A stretch of DNA of 53,164 nucleotides. It comes from Candidatus Sungbacteria bacterium RIFCSPLOWO2_01_FULL_47_32 (GTDB taxonomy: Bacteria > Patescibacteriota > Minisyncoccia > Sungbacterales > GWA2-42-14). The stretch is from positions 1 to 53,164 of the forward strand of contig MHQP01000014.1 of assembly GCA_001820685.1 (NCBI GenBank), written 5' to 3'. Both the position numbers and the translations under genes were made by a program. The notes below the pieces were generated by a model. It had not been told where the DNA came from and made no database searches. It saw only the letters and a program-made list of their open reading frames with translations. Shown here piece after piece: positions 18,278-26,998 of this stretch (position 1 is the first letter of the stretch; every line of letters begins with the position of its first letter).

Positions 18278-19376
18278 TTATATCTGTTTTAGTTCTTCTT
18301 TTATAAATTCATCAAGTTCTCCTTCCAAAACTTTTTCGGCTTGCGTTGTTTCGTGTCCCGTGCGGTGGTCTTTTACCATTTTGTAGGGGTGGAGCACATA
18401 GGAGCGTATTTGGTGGCCCCACTCAATGGAGGCGGTTTTGTCGTGGTATGTTTCCCGTTCTTTTTTCTGCTCCTTTAGTTTCTTTTGGTACAATTTTGCC
18501 CGGAGCATTTCCATCGCTATCTCCCGATTTCCCTCCTGTGTTCGCCCGGCCTGCACGGATACGTTGAGACCGGTCGGAACATGCGTGATGCGAACTGCTG
18601 TTTCGCGCTTGTTCACGTTTTGGCCTCCGGGGCCGGACGACCTGAAAAAGTCTATTCTTAATTCATCGGGCTTCAGTTCTACTTCTTCCGGAGCAACAAA
18701 CTCCGGGAGCACCTCAACAAGCGCAAACGACGTGTGGCGAAGACTCTGCGAAGAAAAAGGCGAAATGCGGACAAGCCGATGCACTCCAGATTCTCTTTTT
18801 AAGTATCCGTACGCGTATGCTCCTTTTACTAAAATGGAAACGTTTTTCAGCCCCCAACCGGACGGTCCGTTTTGCTCTCCCCAGTGCTCGTGCACCGCCG
18901 CCGTTCCATATCCGCCTATTTCGGCCCAACGTTCATACATTCTTCGAAGCATTGCCACCCAGTCTTCCGAATCCTTTCCTCCCGCTCCGGCAAAAATTGA
19001 TAAAACCGCATTCCCTTTGTCGTAAGGGTTCGTGAAGCGCTTCAGAAGCATGAATTTATCAAAGTTTTTTTTGAGCTTACGGGCGCGTTCGGCGATTTCA
19101 TTCACCATCCCTTCGTCGGCTATTTGGAGCATCTCGATAAGGCTCCCCACTTCTCCCGCGTATTGCTCATATTCGGCGATTCTTTTTTTCAGCTGGGAAA
19201 GTTCCTGCGATTTTTTCTCGGCGGATTCGCGATGATTCCAGAAATCCGGCTCCGCCATTTCTTTTTCTATTTTGAGAATAGCTTCTTTTGTTTTGAGAAC
19301 GTCAAAGCCATTCCGCGGCATCGCGGATGTTATGATTAAGCTCTGCAAGATTTTGCGTCAATGCTTCCCGTTCCAT
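18278..19376 (-). CDS. prfB: Peptide chain release factor 2 with programmed +1 frameshift
   Basis: ATG at 19376 gives MEREALTQNLAELNHNIRDAAEWL, then CTT TGA C at 19307-19301; the +1 frame continues DVLKTK and contains the SPF and GGQ motifs. Confidence 0.95.
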
Positions 19377-19562
19377 ACTAGGTATACTGTAGCACTTTTG
19401 CGTGAAAAAAGAAAGGGCTGCCTGATTTTTTCAGCGCCATCTCCGAGATTCCCCTCTAAAAGCGGGTGAAAAAACAAAAACCTTCACTGTATTCACCCCT
19501 CGCCTTATTCCGGAGCCGAAGGTAGGATTTGAACCCACGACCTACGCGTTACGAAAGTGCTG

Positions 19563-19727
19563 TCCCGATTGATTAAAAAATAAGAGCCGCCTCCGAGATT
19601 CGAACTCGGGACCTTTGCTTTACGAAAGCACTGCTCTACCAGCTGAGCTAAGGCGGCTCTTATTTTTAAAATATCAATCGAGGATCCTCGAAAAATCTAT
19701 CCGGCTTTGCCGAATGATTTTTCGGGA
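19563..19727. mobile_element. 165-bp IR-bounded insertion in the D-stem of the outer tRNA-Thr, carrying a tRNA-Thr
   Basis: Terminal TCCCGA / TCGGGA; internal CGATTGAT/ATCAATCG and AAAAATAAGA/TCTTATTTTT arms. Mobility is inferred. Confidence 0.65.
19585..19657 (-). tRNA. Inner, intact tRNA-Thr(CGT)
   Basis: GCCGCCTTAGCTCAGCTGGTAGAGCAGTGCTTTCGTAAAGCAAAGGTCCCGAGTTCGAATCTCGGAGGCGGCT cloverleaf. Confidence 0.93.
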
Positions 19728-20010
19728 CTCTACCACTGAGCTACTTCGGCATGCTTTTAATTTATTTTTCCGCTACCGGAAACAAAAACCGCCGCCAAAG
19801 AAGACTATTGGAAAGAAGCTCATCCCGCGCCAGACCATGAATAGTTATATAAAACGGAATACATGGCGCAAAGCGAAAGAGGAAACTGGAACGGCACTTT
19901 CTCCAACCTATAACAAAAAACAGGCACTGTCCATGCCTGTTTCCATTTTTCAATTGTACATGCCTAAATTATTTTATTAAGCCCTTCCTTGGGAAAAACA
20001 CGCTTTTTTG

Positions 20011-20202
20011 TTATTCAAACGGCGTTCTTGTCTCAAACGGAGGATATCCCTCAAAAATAGGTTGACCTTCAAATATCGGCATATTTCCAAACGGCGGCTC
20101 AGACTCAAAGAGCTGTGCTGAAGCGCCGAACGGATTTAACATAAGGCCAACAAGAAACAACAGAAAAAGCCCGATAAATAGATTTTTTTGAGAAAGAATC
20201 AT
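20011..20202 (-). CDS. Small secreted peptide with hexapeptide repeats
   Basis: Signal peptide ending ASA, then EPPFGN MPIFEG QPIFEG YPPFET RTPFE. Confidence 0.6.
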   Translation of the reverse strand: MILSQKNLFIGLFLLFLVGLMLNPFGASAQLFESEPPFGNMPIFEGQPIFEGYPPFETRTPFE

Positions 20203-20292
20203 ATTGGTTGTACTTCACAGTTACGGATTAATACTTTCACTATACACCGTATACACCTTTCCATTAACCCAAGGAGGCGTTTTGTAAATAGG

Positions 20293-21816
20293 TTATTGAG
20301 GAAGAACTTCTATAAAATCCGGGATACTGTCGTCTTCGGAGTTGTCTCCGGGTATTGAGCACCCGGGATCGCCGGGGTAATCTACCCTGCCGTCCCCGTC
20401 GTTATCGCTTGCGTCGTTACATTCAGTAATCGCGCGCGTGTTTTCGTCAAGAATAGCTGATCTTGAAAGATTTGTCAAGTCTTTAACAGTAAGCCGAAGC
20501 CTGTAGAATCCCGGGTCAAGCGGAGTGTATCCCGGACCGGGAATCGCTGCAGAACTCCCGTTAATGAGTCCTGAAGATCCGGTAAGAAGCGGACACGCTG
20601 CGGGACATAAAACCCATGTCCAAGAATAACTTGCGAGGTTTCCGTCCGAGTCAGTCGCGGAAGCGCCTGCATGGGTATGGGCCGTGCTTACGGTAAGGGT
20701 GTGAGAGGGACCTGGGTAAACGGCTGGCGCCGCCACGGCAGTTTCCGTAAGATTTTGCGATGTCGTCATTCCGGCTGAATCGCTAACAGAAAGCTGTATC
20801 GTGTAATCTCCGGATAACGATACTGGGTACGTCGGCCCGGGTATTGAGACGCTCCCCCCGCTTATTAGAACACCCGCAGGAAGGGCCGGCGGAACATACC
20901 CTGCGGGGAATGAAACCCACGACCAGGTATAGCTTGAGAGATTGCCATCCGAGTCCGTGGTAGAAGCTCCTGCATGAACATGGATTGAACCGGTTAAGAG
21001 AGGAGTATGCGAAGTTCCAGGATATACGACCGGAGGAGAGAATGCCCCGCCGATAGACACGTTATTTGAACAAGCTATAGGTCCGACGGTGTCTACTGTA
21101 TCAGTGACAGTTACCGCGCCCGTCTTCAGTCCACTCGAGAGGTATTGTACTGTGACTACTGTTCCCGTACTGCCTCCAAGCGGCGCATCCCCCGACCACG
21201 CATAGGAGTAAGGCGGCGTACCTCCAGATGCAGTCGCTGTCCAAGTTACATTATCACCGATTGCGGCCGAGGTTGGAGAAACTGAACAGGATGCATCAAG
21301 CGACGGCAGCGGCACACAATTCGGGGTGGGGAATGAGCCATTCTCGGTTTGGATAGTCGTGTAGCCCGCCGCCCCGTCCTGAAGAACCATTGTATACGTA
21401 TAATCGGTGTTACTAACTCCTCCGTTCCAGATCCACGTAGCCCAACATCCGTATCCCGAATTGCTATCAACCGGTGAGCCAAGCAAGTCATATATAGTCA
21501 TGGTTAAGTAACGATTTTCGCATATAAATGATGAATCAGCATGTGAGATAAATCTTAAAGTAACAGATGGAGTTGGTCCCACGCAGGTCGGCCCGGTAAC
21601 GGAACTGCAGGCGGGAACTGAAATTCCAAGGCCTGTCGCCTCTGACCACTTAATATTATTCATCGCGATACTACTTGGTACTCTACCTAACGAAGGAAAT
21701 GAAAAAATGGCGATAGAAATAAGAATACCAACGCAAATAACCACGCCGGCAATATAATTCCGGTTTTTCTTGAAATTCGCTCTTTTTAGGCGTCTAAGCG
21801 CTCGAGTGAAAAGCAT
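20293..21816 (-). CDS. Membrane-anchored PKD/Ig-like repeat surface protein
   Basis: N-terminal TM; ASGGTPPYSYAW; two DSDGNLxSYxW repeats; C-terminal CNDASDNDGDGRVDYPGDPGC acidic motif. Confidence 0.8.
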   Translation of the reverse strand: MLFTRALRRLKRANFKKNRNYIAGVVICVGILISIAIFSFPSLGRVPSSIAMNNIKWSEATGLGISVPACSSVTGPTCVGPTPSVTLRFISHADSSFICENRYLTMTIYDLLGSPVDSNSGYGCWATWIWNGGVSNTDYTYTMVLQDGAAGYTTIQTENGSFPTPNCVPLPSLDASCSVSPTSAAIGDNVTWTATASGGTPPYSYAWSGDAPLGGSTGTVVTVQYLSSGLKTGAVTVTDTVDTVGPIACSNNVSIGGAFSPPVVYPGTSHTPLLTGSIHVHAGASTTDSDGNLSSYTWSWVSFPAGYVPPALPAGVLISGGSVSIPGPTYPVSLSGDYTIQLSVSDSAGMTTSQNLTETAVAAPAVYPGPSHTLTVSTAHTHAGASATDSDGNLASYSWTWVLCPAACPLLTGSSGLINGSSAAIPGPGYTPLDPGFYRLRLTVKDLTNLSRSAILDENTRAITECNDASDNDGDGRVDYPGDPGCSIPGDNSEDDSIPDFIEVLPQ

Positions 21817-21894
21817 TTATTTAAATATACCACAATTAAGCGCATCGTCCAAAAGTTATCCACAAGAACACTCTCCTTAACTGGGCTCCCTTAA

Positions 21895-22686
21895 CTACCG
21901 CAAAAAGGAGTTGGCTTGGGCAAGGTTAGAGCTAATCGCTTCCTGGAAAGCCGTCAGACCCGATTCAGCACTACCCGGGCTGTTCCCGGGATAACTCTTC
22001 TGCCAATCACCAAGCGAAAGCCTCTCGGCTAGAGGTAGGGCCTTTTCAAAGGATTCTTTCGCGGCTTTGTATTCCCCAAGATTTAATTCGGCTAGGCCCA
22101 AGGCATTCAAAAGCCATGGATTCCGCTCCGCACCTTTTGCCTTGCTTAGCCCCGCACGCGCGGTATCTTTTGCGTCTTGATATTTAGCTTCCTTTGATAA
22201 AATCCAGGCCAGATCGTTATAGCCAGCCCATTCGCTGGGCGCCCAAAGAGTAAAACGCCTAAAGTCATTTTCTGCACGTTGTAAATCACCATACGTTCCC
22301 CGATATCCATAGATAAGCCCGCGCACATACAGAGAGCGCAGATTTTCAGGATTGGCTTCAATCTCTTTGTTGATTTCTTCAAGCGCCTTTTGAAAATCCC
22401 CTTTTACGAAATAGATCCGCGCCAATTGGAAATGCCCCCAGAGTATTTTGGGATTTATCGAAAGGGCCCGGTCGTAGGCACGTTTGGCATTACCAAGTTC
22501 ATAGGTGGTGCCGCCGAAAAAATAGTCCCCTATTTCCATCAACATGTTTCCGTCTTTTCCTAAAAAAAATGCCGGATAGGACACGCGGTAGTGCGTCCAG
22601 GAAAATTCTGCGATGGTATTGCCCCAGAGCGCAAGCGCTATCATTAAAAAAAGAATGCAAAAAGAGAATCGTTTCATTGTTCCCAT
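21895..22686 (-). CDS. Tetratricopeptide repeat protein
   Basis: Several TPR-like helices (AYDRALSINP, NALGLAELNLGEYKAAKESFEKAL); start may be MKRF at 22677. Confidence 0.85.
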   Translation of the reverse strand: MGTMKRFSFCILFLMIALALWGNTIAEFSWTHYRVSYPAFFLGKDGNMLMEIGDYFFGGTTYELGNAKRAYDRALSINPKILWGHFQLARIYFVKGDFQKALEEINKEIEANPENLRSLYVRGLIYGYRGTYGDLQRAENDFRRFTLWAPSEWAGYNDLAWILSKEAKYQDAKDTARAGLSKAKGAERNPWLLNALGLAELNLGEYKAAKESFEKALPLAERLSLGDWQKSYPGNSPGSAESGLTAFQEAISSNLAQANSFLR

Positions 22687-22898
22687 GGTAGCACCGCGCG
22701 CCCTTTTTGCAAATCAAACTTTAACGCGAGAGAAAAATTTTGTTTCGCTGATTCGTAGCGGCTCTTCCAGTATGCCGCTAACCTATTTTTGTAATAATAA
22801 AAAGCGGCATAGCGCGCTCCAAAAATAGCTCCAACTAAAAACATGGCCTCTAAAACTGCCAAGATAATTATATTTTTCTTTATTTATAGTCCTTCCAT
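22674..22898 (-). pseudogene. Truncated TM/TPR-like gene remnant
   Basis: ATG at 22898, in-frame TAA at codon 5, then a TM segment and a single TPR-like helix YESAKQNFSLALKFD. Confidence 0.35.
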
Positions 22899-22925
22899 AA
22901 TAACACCCGAGTCTTAGCGGTAAAT

Positions 22926-24407
22926 TTATTTATAAGAATTTAGTGAAACAAGTTTTTCTAACCGTTTTTTTGCCTCTTTAGAAATTTTTTCCTCCCAATT
23001 GCCGGCAAGTTTTTTATTTTCTGGCCTAAGAGAAGTGAAAAAACCTGATGATTGAATAAGATATGTTTCTTTATCTTCATTGGGGACTAAACTTTCCGAA
23101 ACACTAAACTCAAGGTTAATCGTATCACCCGGTATTGTATGAACATACGCTCCTTCTCGGTTCTTAAGATCGCTTGAAACATCTTTGTGCAATCTACCGT
23201 GTTCTGCCATGGTTAAAGGCACTGTTTCTTCTTGGTAATTTTTATCATTCAAAGACTCAATTTTTTGAGATATTCCGGCAAAACCAAGAGAATGTCTTTT
23301 GGATGACTTTATTTTTAGTTCAAGTTTACCTTCAGGGCTGATACCCTCTCTCGGGATTTCAATGATTTCCGTATTGTATTTCCACGCACGCGGTTCAGTA
23401 ACTCCTACCCTTTCAAAAACTCCATCTCTGTCTTTATATTCAATCACAAATGAACAGCCCGACTGCGCCCCAATAAAAAGAGGGCTGGACGCCGTGGCAA
23501 CGGCAATTCCGCCCCATTTTCCGGCTATCCAAGAAGCAACCAGCAATACGGCCATGACCCCAGCACGCGCCAAGTCAAGGCGGCTGATAAGTGAGCGAAA
23601 ACTAAACTGCGACCCGCCAACCCACTCTTCTTCAAATCCTAATTTCCAGTCACGAAGAAATGAAGAAAGTAAAAGATGAGGAGTTTCCTTAGGGTTTAGA
23701 CCGTTAAAAGAAAAATAAAAATCCTCTTTTTTTTGAAATTTAATTCCATCTTCCCCTTCTGTATCGCTTTTAAATATTCTATCCAAATTAAAATGTACCG
23801 CTACGTCTTTTTTATCGGCATTTCTTACCCGTGAAGGAAAAATAATGCTTTTTAGAAAGTCAGTTTTGGGAAGAACGTAATATTTTTTAAATTCAGAGTC
23901 TACAATAACTTCCGTATTTTTAGGGTGCAAAACTCTTTTTAACCGGAGAAATTTAAAAAAACTCTCTTCCGGCTCTATTTCCTGAATCTGGAAAAGCAAC
24001 TTTCCATTGTGCGGTTTTACAGGAGAAGTAATTTTGTAAAGATCCGAACCCACGCGGCCATCTTCGTACATAGCTTTTGCTGTTTCGTACGTGGGCCAAT
24101 AGCTTTTTGGTCTTCCAAAAAGAATGTCATTTTCCAGTTTGTATTTTTTTCCGTCAAAGTAAGCCAAAAAAGGGCAGGAAAGAGGTGGTGGTGGTTCAGG
24201 TTCAGGGGGAGTGGGAACATCCGCATTCGCACTATCTGGCCCCCACAGGGGCCAGGAACTGGCATCTTTTGAAAACTTTTTTCCTTTGACCAGGTTGTTA
24301 ATACTGATGAACGCCCAGCCAAAAAACAAAAGAAGCACCAATAGCAGAGCCTTGATTATGAATTCAAGAGAATTGAAAGTTTTTTTCATAATCTCATAAT
24401 CCTCCAA
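22926..24407 (-). CDS. Hypothetical membrane-anchored protein with SCP-motif extracellular domain
   Basis: 493-aa ORF; N-terminal TM, Pro-rich linker, SCPFLAYFDG motif. Confidence 0.7.
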   Translation of the reverse strand: MEDYEIMKKTFNSLEFIIKALLLVLLLFFGWAFISINNLVKGKKFSKDASSWPLWGPDSANADVPTPPEPEPPPPLSCPFLAYFDGKKYKLENDILFGRPKSYWPTYETAKAMYEDGRVGSDLYKITSPVKPHNGKLLFQIQEIEPEESFFKFLRLKRVLHPKNTEVIVDSEFKKYYVLPKTDFLKSIIFPSRVRNADKKDVAVHFNLDRIFKSDTEGEDGIKFQKKEDFYFSFNGLNPKETPHLLLSSFLRDWKLGFEEEWVGGSQFSFRSLISRLDLARAGVMAVLLVASWIAGKWGGIAVATASSPLFIGAQSGCSFVIEYKDRDGVFERVGVTEPRAWKYNTEIIEIPREGISPEGKLELKIKSSKRHSLGFAGISQKIESLNDKNYQEETVPLTMAEHGRLHKDVSSDLKNREGAYVHTIPGDTINLEFSVSESLVPNEDKETYLIQSSGFFTSLRPENKKLAGNWEEKISKEAKKRLEKLVSLNSYK

Positions 24408-24624
24408 TTCTTAGATAGAGTAAAGGAGACTTATCCACAAGTATTTCACACTATTTATTTTGAGGTTGCCCAACCGCCAATTGACAAAATACGGTCTCTC
24501 CGGGACAAAAATTTAATTCTTCCCGCACTCTTTTGTAATCGTGAGTCCTCCAAAGCACACATCCCAAACCCCAGAGCTGCGCCTGCGAGATGAACGTTTT
24601 GCCCGACATACCCCTTTTGATAAC

Positions 24625-24854
24625 GGGACTGTTGCCGAATGCCCTTTAAGCCGAAAACAAGGATACCGAGTCGCTCACGCGACAGACCGTCTTCGGTGTT
24701 CTTGCTTTTGGTTTAAGTTTTTCTCTCTTTCCATGGAGTTTGCATAGGTGGTTTGGTTAAAAATTAAGCTGTTTATGCTCTCATTTTAACATTTTTCCCT
24801 GCAAGAATCTCTGTGGAAAAGTGGAGGGAAAGTATTGCATTCGGCAACAGTCCC
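24625..24854. mobile_element. 230-bp MITE-like element
   Basis: Perfect 18-bp terminal inverted repeats GGGACTGTTGCCGAATGC (24625-24642 / 24837-24854); no transposase; no target duplication seen. Confidence 0.65.
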
Positions 24855-25042
24855 TACGTATAACTGTTCTCCAAATAACTTTTCCGGGACTTCATCAAGC
24901 CGTAGAGTGACGTCTTTTATAAAATTTCTAATGGTGCTGTCTTGGAAAAACGGATTCCCAACCATATCAAAAAATCCGCAAGATGTTTTCCCTGCTGTTT
25001 TATCCGAAGAAATTCCACACCAGGATTGTTAATCATAGAGAT

Positions 25043-26143
25043 TTAGTTGGCGGGGGCGAAACACTTTTTAATAATACGAATAACCTCCTTTACTTCCTCT
25101 TCAGCAAGCCGATAATTTGTGGGCAAACAGAGCACTTCGTTCGCCAGTTTCTCCGCATTGGGAAAATCGCCTTTTTTGTGGCCGAGGTATTGAAACGCTT
25201 CAAAATACGGCAGGGGAACATTATATTGTATTCTTGCGTCAAAGCCCTGTTTCTTCAGTAAGAGCCGTAACTCGTCCCGTTTCTTGCTTAAAATAGGGAA
25301 ACGATAGCCATTGATAAAGTATTCGGATGGATTTGAAGGGAGGACCAAATCCCCCACTCTTTTAAGAAGCTCTGAATATAAAAAATAGTTTTGACGGGTT
25401 TTTTCGGTCACACGTTGAACCGACCGCAGTTTGGTATCCAGAATCGCCGCCTGGAAAGGACTTAGGTGAGAGGCGGTGCCTATTATTGGATGATTTATTC
25501 CAAACTCTTGGTAGCGCGGAGAGCCGTACGTTCGAAACAGAGATATTTTTCTCGCCAGCTCGGCATTTTTGGTTATAATCGCACCGCCATCCCCGCAACC
25601 TCCAAATACCTTGGTTGGGTTGAAACTCAAACAAGCCAGGTCTCCATAGTATCCAATTGACCCTCCCTTATATTTTGAGCCAAAAGCATGGGCTGCGTCT
25701 TCAACTACCATAAGCGCTTTGCTGTCTGCCAGTTGCCGTATGGCTTCCATATCAGCCATCCTGCCATTAAGGTGAACGGCAATTATAGCCTTGGTTTTTG
25801 GCGTTACAGCCGATTCTACTTTTTGAGGGTCAATGTTGAAACTGGCCGATTCAATATCTATAAATACCGGTTTTGCCCCGATCCAAGCAACAGCCCCGGC
25901 TGTGGAGACAAAACTTATCGCCGGAACAATGACCTCATCTCCCGGCTTTACATCGCAGGCCTTTAGCGCAAGAATAAGAGCGTCGGTACCGCTCGCCACT
26001 CCCAGGACATGCGGTATTTCAAGATAATCCGATAACTTTTTTTCAAGATCTCGTACGATTTGATTCTCCCATGGAAAATCTTTACTTTTAAGAATATTCC
26101 AGAAAGAAAGAAGAATTTTAAATTGAGAGAATAAGTCTTTCAA
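25043..26143 (-). CDS. DegT/DnrJ/EryC1/StrS sugar aminotransferase
   Basis: SGTDAL, EDAAHAFG, SFNPTKVFGGCGDGG (PLP lysine). Confidence 0.92.
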   Translation of the reverse strand: MKDLFSQFKILLSFWNILKSKDFPWENQIVRDLEKKLSDYLEIPHVLGVASGTDALILALKACDVKPGDEVIVPAISFVSTAGAVAWIGAKPVFIDIESASFNIDPQKVESAVTPKTKAIIAVHLNGRMADMEAIRQLADSKALMVVEDAAHAFGSKYKGGSIGYYGDLACLSFNPTKVFGGCGDGGAIITKNAELARKISLFRTYGSPRYQEFGINHPIIGTASHLSPFQAAILDTKLRSVQRVTEKTRQNYFLYSELLKRVGDLVLPSNPSEYFINGYRFPILSKKRDELRLLLKKQGFDARIQYNVPLPYFEAFQYLGHKKGDFPNAEKLANEVLCLPTNYRLAEEEVKEVIRIIKKCFAPAN

Positions 26144-26998
26144 ATGAAGATTTTATTTATAGGCGGATCGCGTTTTGTCGGGCCGCTGGTAATAGAAGAA
26201 TTGCTCGAGCGCGGCCACGAGGTTACGGTTTTTAACCGTGGCCTGTTACGCCAATCCTATCCGAAAGAAGTAACATTTGTAAAGGGCAACCGAAACCGCG
26301 GATTTCCATTCAAAGAACGTTTTGACTCGGTGATTGATACCTGCGCTTATAGGGAGAAGCAGACGGAGCGGGTTATCAGGGAGCTAAAATTTGATTTCTT
26401 GGTTCATATAAGTACCGCCGCCGTGTATAAAAAAACGGAAACTTTCCCGCTTATCGAAGAATCGCCTCTTGGAGACTGGCCGGTTTGGGGCGATTACAAT
26501 AAGGGGAAAGTGGAATGCGAAAAAACTCTTGCGGTAAGCGGTTTGCCCTATGCGACCATAAGACCGGTTTATATCTTGGGACCCAAAAATTACCTCGCGC
26601 GGGAAAGCTTTATCTATTCAAAAATAAAAAACGGCCTTCCAACCATATTACCCGGTAATGGAAGAGCGCTGATTCAATTTATTTTTGCCGATGAAGTAGC
26701 CGAGACAATAGTTTTGATTGCGGAAAATAAAAACGAAGGAGCTTTTAATATCGCCGGCAACGACACAATAACTTTAAAAGGTCTTGTGGAAGAAATGTCA
26801 AAAATTGTTGGCAAAGAACCAATAATAAAATATAATCTAAGTGCCGACAGCGAAAAGTTCAACGAAGTCGAATTCCCCTTTGCCAACGAAAATTTTGCCG
26901 TAAGCAATGAGAAAATAAAGCGGTTGGGCATTAAATTTGTACCGCTTCTCGAAGGATTAAGAAGGGATTATAAAAATTACTATCGGCATGTTATCTGA
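26144..26998 (+). CDS. NAD-dependent epimerase/dehydratase (SDR)
   Basis: GGSRFVG Rossmann motif; YNKGK (YxxxK). Confidence 0.88.
   Translation: MKILFIGGSRFVGPLVIEELLERGHEVTVFNRGLLRQSYPKEVTFVKGNRNRGFPFKERFDSVIDTCAYREKQTERVIRELKFDFLVHISTAAVYKKTETFPLIEESPLGDWPVWGDYNKGKVECEKTLAVSGLPYATIRPVYILGPKNYLARESFIYSKIKNGLPTILPGNGRALIQFIFADEVAETIVLIAENKNEGAFNIAGNDTITLKGLVEEMSKIVGKEPIIKYNLSADSEKFNEVEFPFANENFAVSNEKIKRLGIKFVPLLEGLRRDYKNYYRHVI

Larger units (their letters stand above)
19514..19750 (-). tRNA. Outer, interrupted tRNA-Thr(CGT): 5' part 19728-19750, 3' part 19514-19562
   Basis: Joined sequence GCCGAAGTAGCTCAGTGGTAGAG|CAGCACTTTCGTAACGCGTAGGTCGTGGGTTCAAATCCTACCTTCGGCT (72 nt). Acceptor, D and T stems pair; the anticodon stem has two mismatches, so it may be degenerate. 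Confidence 0.8.

Noticed and set aside
22884-22886. In-frame stop as evidence of an alternative genetic code
   Set aside because: It is a TAA in a remnant gene; long genes read cleanly in code 11, TGA terminates genes, and RF2 is present.
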